Below are positions 1 to 13,171 of a stretch of DNA of 64,000 nt, piece by piece. The position numbers were made by a program, and so were the translations under genes. The first letter of the stretch is position 1. Each line of letters begins with the position of its first letter. The stretch is from Octopus bimaculoides (taxonomy: Eukaryota), in NCBI RefSeq assembly GCF_001194135.2, contig NC_068994.1, positions 17,978,558 through 18,042,557 on the forward strand, read 5' to 3'. The notes beneath the pieces were generated by a model. The model was given only the letters and a program-made list of their open reading frames with translations, was not told the origin of the DNA and made no database searches.

Positions 1-980
1 ACTATATGAAATAAAGATTCATCAGGAATTCTTCCTTTTCTTTTAAGATGAGAAGTATTGTTGATTGAACTTAATCCAGGAAAAACTGGTATTTATTTCT
101 TTAAACAGGTAATGCTGCTCTCGGCAGGAGTAGAACTTCAAATCTGTGTGGCATGGGGCTAGGTATTCTAACACATCTAGTTGGCAGTTTACCAATTATT
201 TCACTACCACCACCACCATCATTTCCATTACCAAACAGTAAATGAAATAATGAATAATGTCAGACAGTTACACATTTCTGTACACCGTAATCTTTTGATT
301 TATTGCAACATGAATTAAACCAAACAGTATAGTATTTAGATCAATCTACAAAAATGCTTCTCTCTATATTTATGTACACACGCTAATAATATACTGAGAA
401 TTAGTCTCAATAAAATTTAATCTCAATTTCTTGTTATAACCTTGTTATGCCAAAAAAGAGAAGGAAGAGGAAAATGAGAGAAAGAGAAGAAAAGCAATGC
501 AAATTCTAGCATGTAATAACTATCAGACTTATGTTAAACTAATAAATTATATCTCCACTAAAAAAGGGAAAACTATATACCATTGAATATGTGAAGATAA
601 CCTTTATGATGCTAAGCAGATAATTCTTGGGCACATGTAAAGAAGAAATGTTAAAAAGAAATGGCAAAATAAATGATTGATGATATGTTATTCTTTAAGA
701 TAATGCATGTTCTTAAATGTAATTTATGAAAACTATCATAGCTGTGCACTGTCTTTGTTTTTGTGTATTTTGACCATCAACTTCTTCCAGTTTATATAGG
801 TAAAGAATGGGTATTTGACCTTCTGAGGAAAGTTACCTGGTGTCCTATATAGAGAAATGTTTGCCTATCATCTGTTTAGAGTTCTAGTGTTAAGCACCAG
901 TTCATTAAACTTCTATAGTTCTTGGGAGGAATTAAATTATTGTACATTCTCAATTTTTTTGTGACACTAAATTTTATGTA

Positions 981-1391
981 ATTGGTTTCAAATTTTGGCG
1001 CAAGACCAGCAATTTGATTGCATTGAATCCCAACGTACAGCTGTTACCTATTTTATTTGTTACCTATTTTATTGACTCCCAAAAGGATGAAAGGCAAAGT
1101 TGACTTTGGTGGAATTTGAACTCAGAACATGAAGACTGACAAAATGCCGCTAAGCATTTTACCAGGCATGCTAGTGATTCTGCCAGATCACCACCCTAAT
1201 AATATTCTTTTCTACTCTAGGCACAAGGCCCAAAATTTTTGGAGAGGGGGCCAATCGATTAGATCGACCCCAGTATGCAACTGGTACTTAATATATTGAC
1301 CCCGAAAGGATGAAAGGCAAAGTTGACCTCAGTGGAATTTGAACTCTGAACTTTTCGCCCAGCATGCTAATGTTTCTGTCAGCTCACCACC
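981..1391 (-). mobile_element. Two tandem tRNA-derived SINE copies, family S2 (about 981-1194 and 1200-1391)
   Basis: Both contain AAAGGATGAAAGGCAAAGTTGAC...GGAATTTGAACTC, the reverse complement of the motif seen at 33956, 46010, 49565 and 52325. Confidence 0.85.
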
Positions 1392-1789
1392 GTTACCACC
1401 CTAGTAATATTAATCAGACATGCATAATTTTGATATTGTGTTGCTGTGGTGATTGATGTCAGGAAGAAGCTGTGTTGAAAAATTTGTATGGTTTGAAAAC
1501 TAAATGCAATTTTTTTTTGTTTTTGAAATAATTTATATGCTTTCATTATACAGAGCAGCAAAAAATATGTGCCATTTTTTTCTACATTTCATAGGCATAA
1601 ATAGCCAGATTTTTTCATAACTATCTAAGCCATGTTATCATGGAATAAGCAATGTAAGAGCAGTTAAAAAGAAAACTAGAAAAAATATCGGCAGTTCAAC
1701 TTTAAGACAATCATAATCTCATTTGTTTCTCCACTACTTTTGATAATTTCTGTCTTTATCAACTGTTTTCACTTTTGTTTTCATTTCAG

Positions 1790-1834
1790 GTGAACTTCTT
1801 CCAGAAATTTGCACTTCCTGCAATTATAAGTAGG
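1790..1834 (+). CDS. Candidate 45-nt internal exon (VNFFQKFALPAIISR in the only open frame)
   Basis: Strong acceptor ttttgttttcatttcag| and strong donor AGG|gtaagt. No convincing partner exon found. Confidence 0.35.
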
Positions 1835-3425
1835 GTAAGTCAAACACATAAATTATATCCTAACATAATGTGTAAATGTAGCTGTATATATGGCATCCTC
1901 CAAGAACTGTTCTGGAACTTTTAACAATGTTTAATTTCCTGTTTAGTTTTTTTTTCTTTTTTTACTCCAGTCCTATTAACACCATTCAACATTTTCAAGT
2001 TTGTTTACATATTTTCTGGGCCTTGTTTATATAACATCATTTGCTAATAATATATAATTCAAAATGAGAATGCAGTGTATTTTGTATGTTTATGTTTATA
2101 TGATCCAAGATGCTTTATGTGGATTCAACATTGTTCAGTTGAAATGGTGGGTTTATATTTTTATTAAGGAGTTTAAATACAAAGAGACTATTTGAAGTTC
2201 ACGTAAGTCAAATTTCTCTTTTAATTTGACCCATGTTCTATACTCATTATCTGAAATGTTATGTATTATTTTAACATTGTCTTCTTTGGTTTTTAACCCT
2301 AGGTCAGCCTTGGTTTAACCAACCCATGAACAAATGTGTTTCACCTTTTTAGTATATCTATAACTGCACTGTTCAAGGTTTTCTTACCTTTTAAAGGTTT
2401 TTAAAAAGTATATATAAGTAACAGAGGCAGTATTAATACTGAAAGGTAATATTTATCTCTGCTTAAATATGGATGTTCTGTTACAACAAACTATACTGTA
2501 GTAGATACTATGAGAGAAACTCTCATATTGGCTTTTGGTGCAAAATACATGCTTTTTAAAGGTGTTTGAGTGTGGTTTGGAGAAGATTTTGGTGCCATTT
2601 CTAGCAAATCAAGCAACTACATAGAAGCTCTTTTGTTAGCTTTGATAATTAATATATTTGTTTGTAGAAGTAAATTTTATGCATTTTTATAGCTGATTGG
2701 TCAATCTATCTTATTTGCAATTAAAATGAGATAGTTTGGTGAAGCATTGTGTAGTATAACTTCAAAAGAATTTTGCTGTGTAAGGCTGGAACAATGCAAG
2801 AAAGTACAAAGTAAATTACAAAAGGCAAAGGAAAGGTAAAACTGCAACTTTGTTCTATTTTCCTTTTCCTTTTGTAGTTTACTTTGTACTTTCTTGCATT
2901 GTTCCAGCCTTACACAATAAATCTCTTTAAACTTATTTGTAATGTTTGTTACTCTTTTCATGTAACACTAGATGACTCTGACTATTAGAGTGGTGCTATA
3001 AAGACAATCATCCAATCATCTATTCTATTCATCAAGTATTCAAGAGACCAAAAATACATTATTCCAGTTTTTGTAAATGTATATACCCAGCTTAACCCTG
3101 ACTGAGCAGACAAATGATCAAAGGCACTCAAGCTGTGACCACCCCATCTTTTTAGAAATATTTAGCTCTACATTATTAAATGGGACCTTCCTTTTCTTTT
3201 TATTTTAAGACAGTAGGATAAAGCGGAGAAAATTTAGTTGCTACTTTTAGCAGGTCAAGCTGTATAGGTTCCCTTGTTGGCTTGAATTTCTGTAGTGTTC
3301 AGTGAATGTGAAAGAGATCTACCCTTGGATAGGATGCTGGGCTGTTACTGCAGGAATTAAACTTGATACTGTGCTTCAATGAATTACAGTGATGTCATTG
3401 CTCCTTGCAGTTGACTATAACATAT

Positions 3426-3686
3426 AATAAATAATAAATGTGCCCTTTTAAAGCCTAGCCAGGCTCATGGGCCCGGTTTCCTGGTTTCAATGGCGTATGT
3501 ACTCCCTAGCTGGATGGGACGCCAGTCCATCACAGCGTTACTCATTTTTGCCGACTGAGTGGACTGGAGCAATGTGAAATTAAGTGTTTTGCTCAAGAAC
3601 ACAACGCGTCACCCGGGCCAGGAATTGAAACCACAATCTTACGATCATGGTGCTGACACCCTAACCAATAAGCCATGCACCTCCAC
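3426..3686 (-). mobile_element. tRNA-derived SINE, family S3 (head B + tail Y)
   Basis: Reverse complement starts GTGGAGGTGCATGGC..TGGTTAGG, has GTTCTTGAGCAAAACACTT and the tail GAGTAACGCTGTGATGGACTGGCGTCCCATCCAGCT, and ends in an A/T-rich tail. Confidence 0.85.
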
Positions 3687-4125
3687 GACTATAACATATA
3701 TGATACTTATTATGTAGAGCTTGGTGGATTTAACCAATGTTTTAGTTATGGACAAAATGCAGTGTTGGTGACAAACCATTAACCTCTAAACTGGCCATTT
3801 GGTTACTTATCAACACAGCTGTCTGTGCCACCAGTGTACAATAAAAAAAAGATTTATATTATTTAATTTATTTCTGGTTCTAACCCTTTTGTTACTGTAT
3901 TTCTGTTGAGTCACACTGCATTCGTATGCCTTTACTTGTGGCACTGGTGTATAAGAGAGGCTGTTTTATTTTTTTAACAGGCCTTTAGAGTTGCAGAAAT
4001 GGTAGAGTGCCAAGCTAAATTCCTTGTGGTATATAATTATGTACCTTTATATTTCATGTTTTAATCTTGCTGCATTTAACTTTATCATTCAGATTTCTAG
4101 GATCAATAAAATAAGTATTAGTCAA

Positions 4126-4550
4126 ATCATCATCATCATTTAATGTCCATTGTCCATGCTGGCATAGGTTAGATGGTTTGACCAGGGCTGGCAAACTGAG
4201 GGACTGCACCAGACTCCAATCTGATTTGGCGTGGTTTCTATGGCTGGATGCTCTTCCTAACACCAATCACTGTGAGAGTGCAATGGGTTCTTTTACATGC
4301 CACCAGCATGGGTGCCAGTTGCATAACACCAGTACCTGCCATGACTACAATTTCACTTGTCTTGATGGGTCTTCTGTTCAAACATGGCACATTGCTGAAG
4401 GTCTTGGTCATTTGTCATTGCCTTCGTGAGGCCCAATGTTTGAAAGTGCTTTTTATATGCCACCGGCATGGATGCTAGTTATACAACACCAGTATCAGCC
4501 ACATTGCCTCTGTGAGGCCCAAGACCTGAAAGGTGCTTTTTACTTGCAAG
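4126..4550 (-). mobile_element. 3' end of RTE-type LINE or RTE-tailed element
   Basis: (CAT)n-TTTAATGTCC...CCATGCTGGCAT...GGATGCTCTTCCTAACACCAA, shared with copies at 7339, 27945 and 39284 and with the LINE ending at 7278. Confidence 0.8.
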
Positions 4551-4582
4551 TTATGTAACACTGAAATAATTAAATTGATTAA

Positions 4583-4800
4583 CCCGTTAGCATTTAAACT
4601 GGCAATATCTAGCCCAAATATTCTGTCTTATGTTCAAACTGGCCAGATCCAGCATCTCACACCTACCCCACAATGTCATTCTAAAAATAAAAAAAAAATC
4701 ATGTCTTTGAAATCTGTGTTACAAGATAATACATAAGTAATTTTTTAAAATGTGAATAAATAAGTATTATAATTGACTGAGTAATCTGAATTCTAAAGGG
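4583..4800. mobile_element. piggyBac-like MITE (~220 bp) with TTAA target site
   Basis: TTAA|CCCGTTAG...CTAAAGGG|TTAA; homologous copies at 27650, 35494, 36119 and 62680. Confidence 0.8.
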
Positions 4801-5674
4801 TTAAATTATATTGACACCTCACAAAGTTTGTGACCTCTTTCCAAAATAAAAATAAAATTGTCTGTATCTAGAAATGAAATTTTATTACTATTCAGTCTGT
4901 AGTGAGAAGGCTGTTCTAGTGATTAGAACTTGGATCAGTTTTAGTAACTAAAAATCTGTAAGGGCTTCTATATTAGTTCAAGAGCTAAAGTTTAACCTTT
5001 TTCTGATATTTATTTTTATTTAGAAATTATTGAGGATCCAGAGGTTATTCTGTATCCGGAAGAAGCACTCTGTATTGTGTGCTTGAAAGTTCATGCCTTA
5101 ATTTTGAGGCTTCAAGGACATAAAATTTTGTAAAAGTAATTTTTGAACAATATTAAAGACACAGAGTTTTTAATGAAAGACAATTAATTTTGACATACAC
5201 AGTATGGTAGATTCTTTGAGATGAGCTTTTTTTGGTGGTGGTGGTGGGGGTTGAAGATTATGTTGTCTTTTATGTTCAGCATAAGCAATAATTGTGTTTT
5301 TATGTTGTTAGACATTCTTTGATCAGCTTTGGATAATGCAAATAAAGTTTGCTTTGATATAGAAAATGGATAAGAGATGAAGAATTTCAGATTTGATCAA
5401 GGTATGTTGTTTGAATTTAACATTCACCAAATCAATGGCCACTGAAAAAGAACATATACTAATTGAAAGACTTGATGTTTACTGTAGATTTTTGTTGTCT
5501 TATGACTTCAGTGTTTACTATTTAATTGCTATATTTGTTTTTGTCATTTAAAATGTCTAGAGAGGTTAGTTTTAAGATTTTATATAAACTAGAAGTCTTT
5601 GACAGATTCATTTATGGAGTTGTGATCCAGCATAAACTTTTCTAATTCCCTGTTAGCTTGAAATCTGTTATTGA

Positions 5675-7278
5675 ATTTATAGATGCTCTGAAAGTATTGT
5701 TTCAAGAATAAGAATAAGAATAGGATGGAGGAAGTTCAGAGAGCTACTACCTCTGTTGGCAACAAAAGGACTCTCTCTCAGTGTGAAAGGTAGACTATAT
5801 GATGCTTGTGTACAAACGGCTAAACTCCATGGTAGTGAGATATGGGCTCTGAATGTGGAGGACATGCATAGACTGGAGAGGAATGAAGGTAGTATGCTCC
5901 ATTGGATTTGCAACATCAGTGTGCATAACCGATAAAGCGCAGCTGTGTTGAACGAAAAGTTAAGCATAAGAGGAATTAGATGTGGCATGCAGGAGAGGAG
6001 AATGCACTGGTTTGGACATATGATGTGTATGAGTAAAGACAGCTGTATGCAGAAGTGCTTGTCACCGAAAGTGAATGGTACCTGTGAAAGAGAGAGAGTG
6101 ACCCAGGAAGACATAGGATGAAGTGGTGAGGACCGATCTTAGGATGTTAGGGTTCACAGAGGAAATGACAATGGACTAAGATGTTTGGCAATGTAAGGTT
6201 TTAGAGAAGACACAACCACGTCAGTGAAACAGTGCTAGAAGTGTTGTGTCCCACCCACAAGTAACAAACTTTCCTCACACCCTACCCCAAAAAACTGAAC
6301 TACATCTCCTCTTCTAAACTGCATCTTTCTCTTCCTCACATTTTTTTTTCATACACTATGATTGTCTTCAACCTCTCTTTCTTGTTCTCACTGCCCTTTT
6401 CACTGTATCACTCCTTTCCCCTACTCCATCTTTATACTCAGGTTTCGCCAGTCACTGCAATCCCCATTCCCTACTCGTGCCTTCTTGGCAATACTTGGCT
6501 GCGTATATTATGACCTCCGTACCTTGAGGGCATGCCCTGGCAATTGCCACCATTTATCCCTCTCTTCCTTACTTTACCATCACATCTGTGCTCTGATCCT
6601 TGTTACTTGTGTGTATACCCTGGCACTTCATCACCATCTCTCTCCTGGTCTCTTGCTGTTTCCCACTCTCTCTCTCTCTCTCTCTGTTTCTCTTACTCTT
6701 CCCTCTGGCTGGGTAGCCATGTATCTTCTCTGCAGCAGTACACCTGTTTTTGCCCTCATTCTCGATTGATCACTCGCTCTTCCTTCTTTTGTTTTTCCCC
6801 TCTGGCTAGGTAACCAAGTATCTCCTTTACTTCAGCACACCTGTTTCTGTCCTCTTTCTTGTACCTCTCTCTTCCTTTCACTCTCTTTTCCCTCTCTCTA
6901 CCTCCTCTCTCCATCCTCTCTCTCTACCTCCTCTCTCTCTCTCTCTCTCTGGGTAACCATGTATCTCTTCTATAGCAATACACCTGTTTATGCCTCTCTA
7001 TTTTTCTGTCACACTCTAACCTTTCATCATCTGACACAAGATCTTCTCCTCCAATTCCTCCACGCCTCTCAAAATACCTTGTCTTGCAAGTTACTTGGTG
7101 ACCCTGTTGGTACTGGTTCCATGTAAAAAGCATCCAGGCCACACTATAAAGTGGTTGGCATTTGGAAGAGTATCCAGCCACAAAAACCCTGCCAAAACAG
7201 ACACAGTAGCCTTGGGTAGTCTTCTACCTGGCTGGCTCCTGTCTACCATCCTACTTTTGCATGCATGGAAGACGGATG
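5675..7278 (+). mobile_element. 5'-truncated RTE-clade LINE: degraded RT C-terminus, pyrimidine-rich 3' UTR, (GAT)n tail
   Basis: Plus frame reads GWRKFRELLPLLATKGLSLSVKGRLYDACV...HGSEIWA...RMHWFGHMMCM with stops; ends GATGTTAAACAATGATGATGATG. Confidence 0.9.
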
Positions 7279-7338
7279 TTAAACAATGATGATGATGTTA
7301 CATGTGTGCACATGCACACACACAAGCACATACATACA

Positions 7339-7793
7339 CATCATCACCATCATTTAATGTCCGTTCTCCATGCTGGCATGGGTTGGATGGTTTGACCAGA
7401 GCAAGGCCAGCGGCCACACCAGGCTCCATTGTCTTGTTCTGGAATGGTTTCTATGGTTGGATGCTTTTCCTAAGACCAACCACTCCATAAAGTGTACTAG
7501 GTGCTTTTTATGTGACACCAGCACCTGTGCTTTTAATGTAGCACCAGCACCAGTGCTTTTTATGTAGCACCAGTGCTTTTTATGTGGCACCAGCACCAGT
7601 ATCAATTCTACTGTGATAGATGGGTCTTCTTGAGTACAGCAAGGTGTCAGATATCTTGGTCTTTTGTCATCTCCTTTGTATGTCTGTGTTTTGAGATCGC
7701 CTTCATGACTTTGTCATATATATGGGCATCCAGCTGTAGAAACTCTGCCAAATTAGATTGGCTGCGTTAAACGATGATGATGATGATGATGAT
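7339..7793. mobile_element. RTE 3'-end fragments in opposite orientations (minus copy 7339-~7700, short plus tail ~7725-7793)
   Basis: Begins with (CAT)n-TTTAATGTCC and ends with GTTAAAC(GAT)n; degenerate ~24-nt tandem repeats at 7500-7600. Confidence 0.75.
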
Positions 7794-8591
7794 ACACAAA
7801 TAGTAGACAACTTTTATTGTCCGAATCTATACTCAAAAACATTCTGGCTGTGACTACCCTAACAGCACATTCATACAAACACAAACACCTACCTCTGTGA
7901 AGACACAAAGATATACATGCACTCATCCACATACAAATACACATTCACTCATGCATTACACACCTACACACTCATAATCTTTCTTTTTTTTACCTCTTGC
8001 TTTTCTTTTATCTTGCCTTTTTCAGTTTGTCTATCTGTATGTCTGTCTGTTTGTCAGGGTTTTATTTAGACAGACAAACTGAGTCAAATGACTATGTTCT
8101 ATGAAAAAAAGGTGTCTTTCAGGGAAAGAACATATAAACCCAGAATCCAGTGGCTGAGAATGTGACACCATCCTTCCACACATTTTACAACACCGACAAC
8201 GATCACCCCCTCCCTCCCCCACACCAACCAGTCATTAAAACTCTATCATCTCCTGAGGATGCAATCAGATTTCTGTGGCCTATTTATACCCAGAAAAGAC
8301 AGCAATGGAAACTTTGCAATTAGAGAATAACATATTTTCTTGAAAACTGATCCAAGAATTAATTGTTATATTATTACCATTGTAAATAACAGTGTGGCAT
8401 CTTAGACCTCTTATACATGAGTAGATGGCAACCATGCAGAAATGAATGAAAACTGGAGGAGAAATTACATTACACCTGACAGCAACCATTCTCATTCTCT
8501 TTGGCTGTCAGTTCCACCCTAGCTCCATTGAAGTAATGATGGTTCACTAGTTGCATGTTTATAATTTCAGCTTTTCACTTTCTCATTATCT

Positions 8592-8620
8592 TCTCTCTCT
8601 CTCTCTCTCTTTCTCTCTCT

Positions 8621-8692
<72 letters not shown>
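8592..8692. repeat. Compound (CT)n/(TA)n microsatellite
   Basis: Direct reading of the sequence. Confidence 0.98.
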
Positions 8693-8697
<5 letters not shown>

Positions 8698-9389
8698 GCT
8701 AAATCATATCTCCATCTGTTTTTTGTTTTGTTGTTTAGTTTCGCTTTTTCAATCAGCTTTTATGAACATAGAGGGAGGAAGCAGTAGCTCTGGTGAGAAA
8801 GTTGGAAGATAGAAAAAGAAGGTTTTTAAATAAGAGGTAGATTAGATAGATAAATAGTGAGGTGAGAGATAAACAGAGTGAGTGGGGAAAGTCAGTAGCA
8901 AATGGGACAGGTAGTCATGTGAGCAGATAATGAAATATAAGGAGAGATGAGTGAAAGTCTGAGAGAAGATATAGTTTAGGAAAAGAGTTGTGGAAAGTAG
9001 AAAGCTAGTGCTGTGCAATAGAATGAAGGAATTAGAGAAGTAATATGATAAAGTGTGTGTATACGGGGAAGAGGCAAAATGCTGGGAAATGGAAGGAAGA
9101 TGTGAAGGCAGATTTTCAGTGTGACAAAAAAAGTGGGAAGTGTCTGTCTGAACGTCTTTTCATCTGTCTGTTCTGCCTGTATGTCTGTTTATGTCCAAAG
9201 AGAGTTAAAGAGAGAGAGGAAAATAAGAAATAAAGTGAGTCAGAATAATAAAGAAGAGTGGAAATAAAAAAAAATAAAATGAATGTAAAAATGAAACAGA
9301 AAGAGAAAATGAGATAAGACTTAAAGCAAGAACATTTAGAATTACTAAAAAGGGAGACATATAATTCTTGTGATGAGTACTCTGCTAGT

Positions 9390-9650
9390 ATATAGATATA
9401 CGTGTGTGTATACTCTTGCCTCGACATCACATGATGGCTGTAAATAAGCATCACTGTCCTACAAGTGATCTTGTTCATTTTTAGTCTTCCACGAGAAACC
9501 TGTCTGACTATGGGAAAATATTACCTTGCTTGGACACAGGTGAGGGTTGGTGACAGGAAGGGTATCTGGCCATTGAAAATCTGTCTCAATAGTTTCTGTC
9601 TGACCCATGCAAGCATGGAAAAGTGGATGCCAAAATGACAATGATGATGA
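9390..9650 (+). mobile_element. SINE 3' part with RTE-type (GAT)n tail
   Basis: AATATTACCTTGCTTGG...GACAGGAAGGGTATCTGGCC...CCCATGCAAGCATGG...GATGATGAT; homologous to 49330-49550. Confidence 0.7.
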
Positions 9651-9819
9651 TATAGTTAATTTATTCATCCATTCATTCATTTAACAGCCATTTTCCATGC
9701 TAGTATGGGTTGGACAGGGTCTTAGTTGAGGTAGCATTTTATGGTTGGATGCTCTCCCTTTGATTCAAATTTACTAGTCTGAATCATAATGTTAATACAA
9801 ATATTTAATCTCCCCAATA

Positions 9820-10037
9820 TGTATTCTTTTATACTTTAGGCACAAGGCCTGACATTTTGGGAGAGGGGGCCAGTCGATTAGATCGATCCCAGTACAAAAC
9901 TGATACTTAATTTATCGACCTCAAAAGGATGAAAGGCAAAGTCGGCCTCAGCGGAATTTGAACTCAGAACGTAAAGACAGATGAAATACTGCTAAGCATT
10001 TTGCCTGGCGTGCTAATGTTTCTGCCTACTCGCTGCT
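9820..10037 (-). mobile_element. SINE family S2
   Basis: GGCACAAGGCC...GTCGATTAGATCGATCCCAGTAC...AAGGATGAAAGGCAAAGTCGGCCTC...GAACTCAGAAC. Confidence 0.9.
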
Positions 10038-10409
10038 TTATCCCCAATATGTATTAAGTGTTGTATGTATGTAGGTAGGCAGGTAAATGGGCAGGTAGAT
10101 TGGTTGGTTGATTGGTTGGTTCAGGCAGGTATGTGTGTATAAATGAGGGCAAGTAATTAATTATCCACAGTGCACACCACAATGCGCTTATAACTGTTTT
10201 GCTGTTTGTGGGAAAATTATTTATGCAAGCATTATGTGACATGGTTTTCTTTCAGTCACTACAGTGCAGGTTTGAATTTAAGTTGTCATTATTACACTCA
10301 CCATGATCAATTAATTTTCTGTTTATTCAAAAGAAGAGTAGTAATCCATTTTCTATGTTACTGTTCTGTAGATCAAATGGTTATTTGCATTACAACTCCA
10401 GTAGCTTTG

Positions 10410-10975
10410 TTTTCTCTTCATTTCGTGAGCCAAATCCATGGCCCCTGTGCACACCATGGAAGATATCCAGCTGTCATCCGACATGCCCATTGAAATCCTC
10501 AGCCACAAAGAGGAGATCAGTGTCATCCGTCATTGAGGTAGTCTGCAGAAGAATATCATAAAAGTGGTCCTTCTCTTAATTTGGTGGGCCCACTTGAGCG
10601 GTATAGGCAGAGATAATTGTCACTATACTGTTCTATAAGGCTAGCCTAAACTTAAGCACTCTATTGCTGACTCTGATTACCTCTATGACCTTATCCACCC
10701 ATTTCTCTGCAAGAAGTATGCCCACACCACCTACCCCATCACTGTTACCTTCCTAGAAGATGTTATACCTATGTGTCTTGCCTGTGAGGAACCTGGCTGA
10801 AGCTCCTCTCCACCTTGCCTCTTGGATGCAACATGTATCAACATGCCCCCATTCAAGTATTGCAATGATCTTGCTAGACCTACCTTTCAATGTGCCTACA
10901 TTGATAGTGCCAACTCTGAAAACTGGGAAAGGGACATGGAAGGGAACATGGGAAGGAGTGATGTTATTCAGCACT
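10410..10975 (-). mobile_element. RTE-clade LINE 5' fragment encoding an apurinic-type endonuclease (pseudogenised)
   Basis: RVGTINVGTLKG...CCIQEARWRG...GVGILLAEKWVDKV...IISAY...EDFNGHVG, with stops. Confidence 0.9.
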
Positions 10976-10984
10976 TGAAAAAAA

Positions 10985-13150
10985 GGTCTCCGTGGTTGTT
11001 TGATAACAGATATATCACATCAATTGCTCTCTTGCTTTAACATACCATCATTCAAACATGTTAAAACCGTTGGAAAAAATATCAATTAAATAACGAAATC
11101 AAAGAGAGGTTATCTTCATTACTTAGGAAAATAACCAGAGATGATGATAGAAAGAGAATCCAACAAGATCTGGAAAAGTCATACATGAAAGAATTTGAAA
11201 TGGTGAAGACACATCAGATTAAGAAGTTTATGAAACTCAAAGGTCAGAGAATGAAGACTGAAGTCTGTCACCCACCCGTGAAAGCAGTAATTAATGTAAG
11301 TAGCCAACATCTAGAAAGCTCTGGAGAAGCAGTACTAAACAAGGGTCTCAACTTTGCGACAACCATTAAGCACATTCCATACTTGGACATAATAAGAGAT
11401 AGCCATAAAGATACCAAAAACCTCAAGGAGATGAACTAAGGTGGAAAATGAGACAGGTTCAAGAAAAAGCGAAACTTCCCAAACCAAACATTACTAAGGA
11501 AGAAAAATTCGCTATTAAAAGACTACAGAGTGACAATTCCATCATTATACTTCCAGCAGACAAGGGAAATGCTACAGTGGTGATGAACAGGTTTGACTAC
11601 TCTGAAAAATTGGCAAGTCTCATAAGTGATGGTAACTACAGCAGAGAAAAGAAAGACCCAACTCTGAAAACAGAACAGAAGTTGTCACAGATCTTGATCA
11701 AGAACAAGGATCACTTTACACCAATGAAATACAGACAACTGACTCAACACTACAGTAAACTACCACACATGTACAGTCTCCCTAAGATTCACAAGGATGG
11801 TATTCCATTAAGACCTATAGTGAGCTGTAGAGGTTCAGCATGTTATCCACTGAGCCACTTCCTTGTGGATATAATCAGTCCATTAGTAGGAAAGTCAGCA
11901 TCATGCATGAAGAATTCCACCCACTTCACAGAATTGATCAAGGATATCCCCACTGAATCCAACCAGATGGTGAGTCTAGGTGTGATAAGTCTGTTCAAAG
12001 TCCCAAGTGGTGAAGCACTATCGGTGATTCAAGACAAACTAGTGACGGACACTCATCTAAAAGAACGCACTAGTATACCAATAAGAAACCTGATGGAAAT
12101 TTTGACCTTCTGTGTAGAAACTACCTATTTCAGTATGGACACTGATATATATCAACAAGAAGAGGGTTTAGCTATGGGTTCGCCATTATCACAGATAATA
12201 GCCAATATATACATGGAATACTTTGAGAATTTGGCTTTAGGATCAACACCATGAAAACAAACCCTATGGCTGTGTTATGTTGGTGACACCTTTATACTGT
12301 TGCCCCAATAGGAAGATGTCCAAGTGCTGTTAGATCATGTGAACTCAATAAAGCCATCCATACAGTTCACAATGGAAAAGGAAAAAGACAATCAGCTAGC
12401 ATTCCTGGACGTATTAATAACATGCATGAAGTATGGATTCAGGACATCCATATACTGCAAGCCGACCTTTGCTGGACAATACCTCAACTTCAATTCCCAC
12501 CATCCATACAGTGTAAAGAGAGGGATTGCTCAGTGTCTAAAACATCGAGCAAAGAATATAAGTAGCGATTGTGATACCCACCATGAAGAAATGATCAAGC
12601 TAAGTAACAATCTATTAAGTAACAACTACCCCAAAAACATACTATCCACTCCAATTATGAATAAAAGAGAGGATGAAACCAATAAACTGTCCACAGTCTG
12701 TCTACCCTATATGAAAGGCCTCTCTGAAAAGATACAAAAGATATGCGGCCCATATGACATCAGGACAGTATTCAAGAGTAATACAACACTTCGCAAATAT
12801 CTCAGAGTAAAACCACCAATAGAAGAGAATATGACCAAAGACTGCGTGTACTCCATCCCATGCAGCTGTGGTAGGTTATATAAAGGCAAAATATTCCGCC
12901 CCCTCAAAATAAGGGTAGACGAACATCACGAAGCTGTGACACAGGAAATATTGATAAATCGGGTATAGCTGATCATGTATGGAAAAACGGAGAAGTTAAA
13001 ATAATAGAGAACACCACTGGAAAATACGAAAACTAAAAGAAGCAGCACATGTTAGGACACAACAACCTCCTAAGCAGACCAAGTGCAGATATTAATAGCA
13101 TATGGGAACCTGTATTAAGGAAGGATAAGAAAATATTAGATTTATAAGCC
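10985..13150 (+). mobile_element. Penelope-like element, degraded ORF: reverse transcriptase + GIY-YIG endonuclease
   Basis: ORFs 11185-11439, 11448-12254 and 12324-12968 contain PADKGNATVVM, LPKIHKDGIPLRPIVS, GLAMGSPLS, YVGD (YVDD position), IQFTMEKE, YLNFNSHHP and CVYSIPCSCGRLYKG. Confidence 0.95.
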
Positions 13151-13171
13151 CTAAAATTCACTCCATAATTG

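Noticed and set aside
3981-4028. Plus-strand exon candidate AFRVAEMVECQAKFLV behind a strong acceptor
   Set aside because: The sequence aligns with the S2 SINE head (GAGCTGGCAGAA..GTTAGCACGCC..AAATGCTTAGCGGTAT), so it is probably a decayed SINE.
5677-6114. 145-aa minus-strand ORF
   Set aside because: It is the antisense shadow of the plus-strand RTE RT fragment.
7500-7600. Short repeats with GCACCAG motif resembling a CRISPR array
   Set aside because: Degenerate tandem repeats inside an RTE 3' UTR with no unique spacers; eukaryotic context and no cas genes.
8230-8330. CCTGAGGATG...GGAAAC as a third hammerhead
   Set aside because: Core-like words are present but I could not find closing stems; at most a badly decayed Penelope end.
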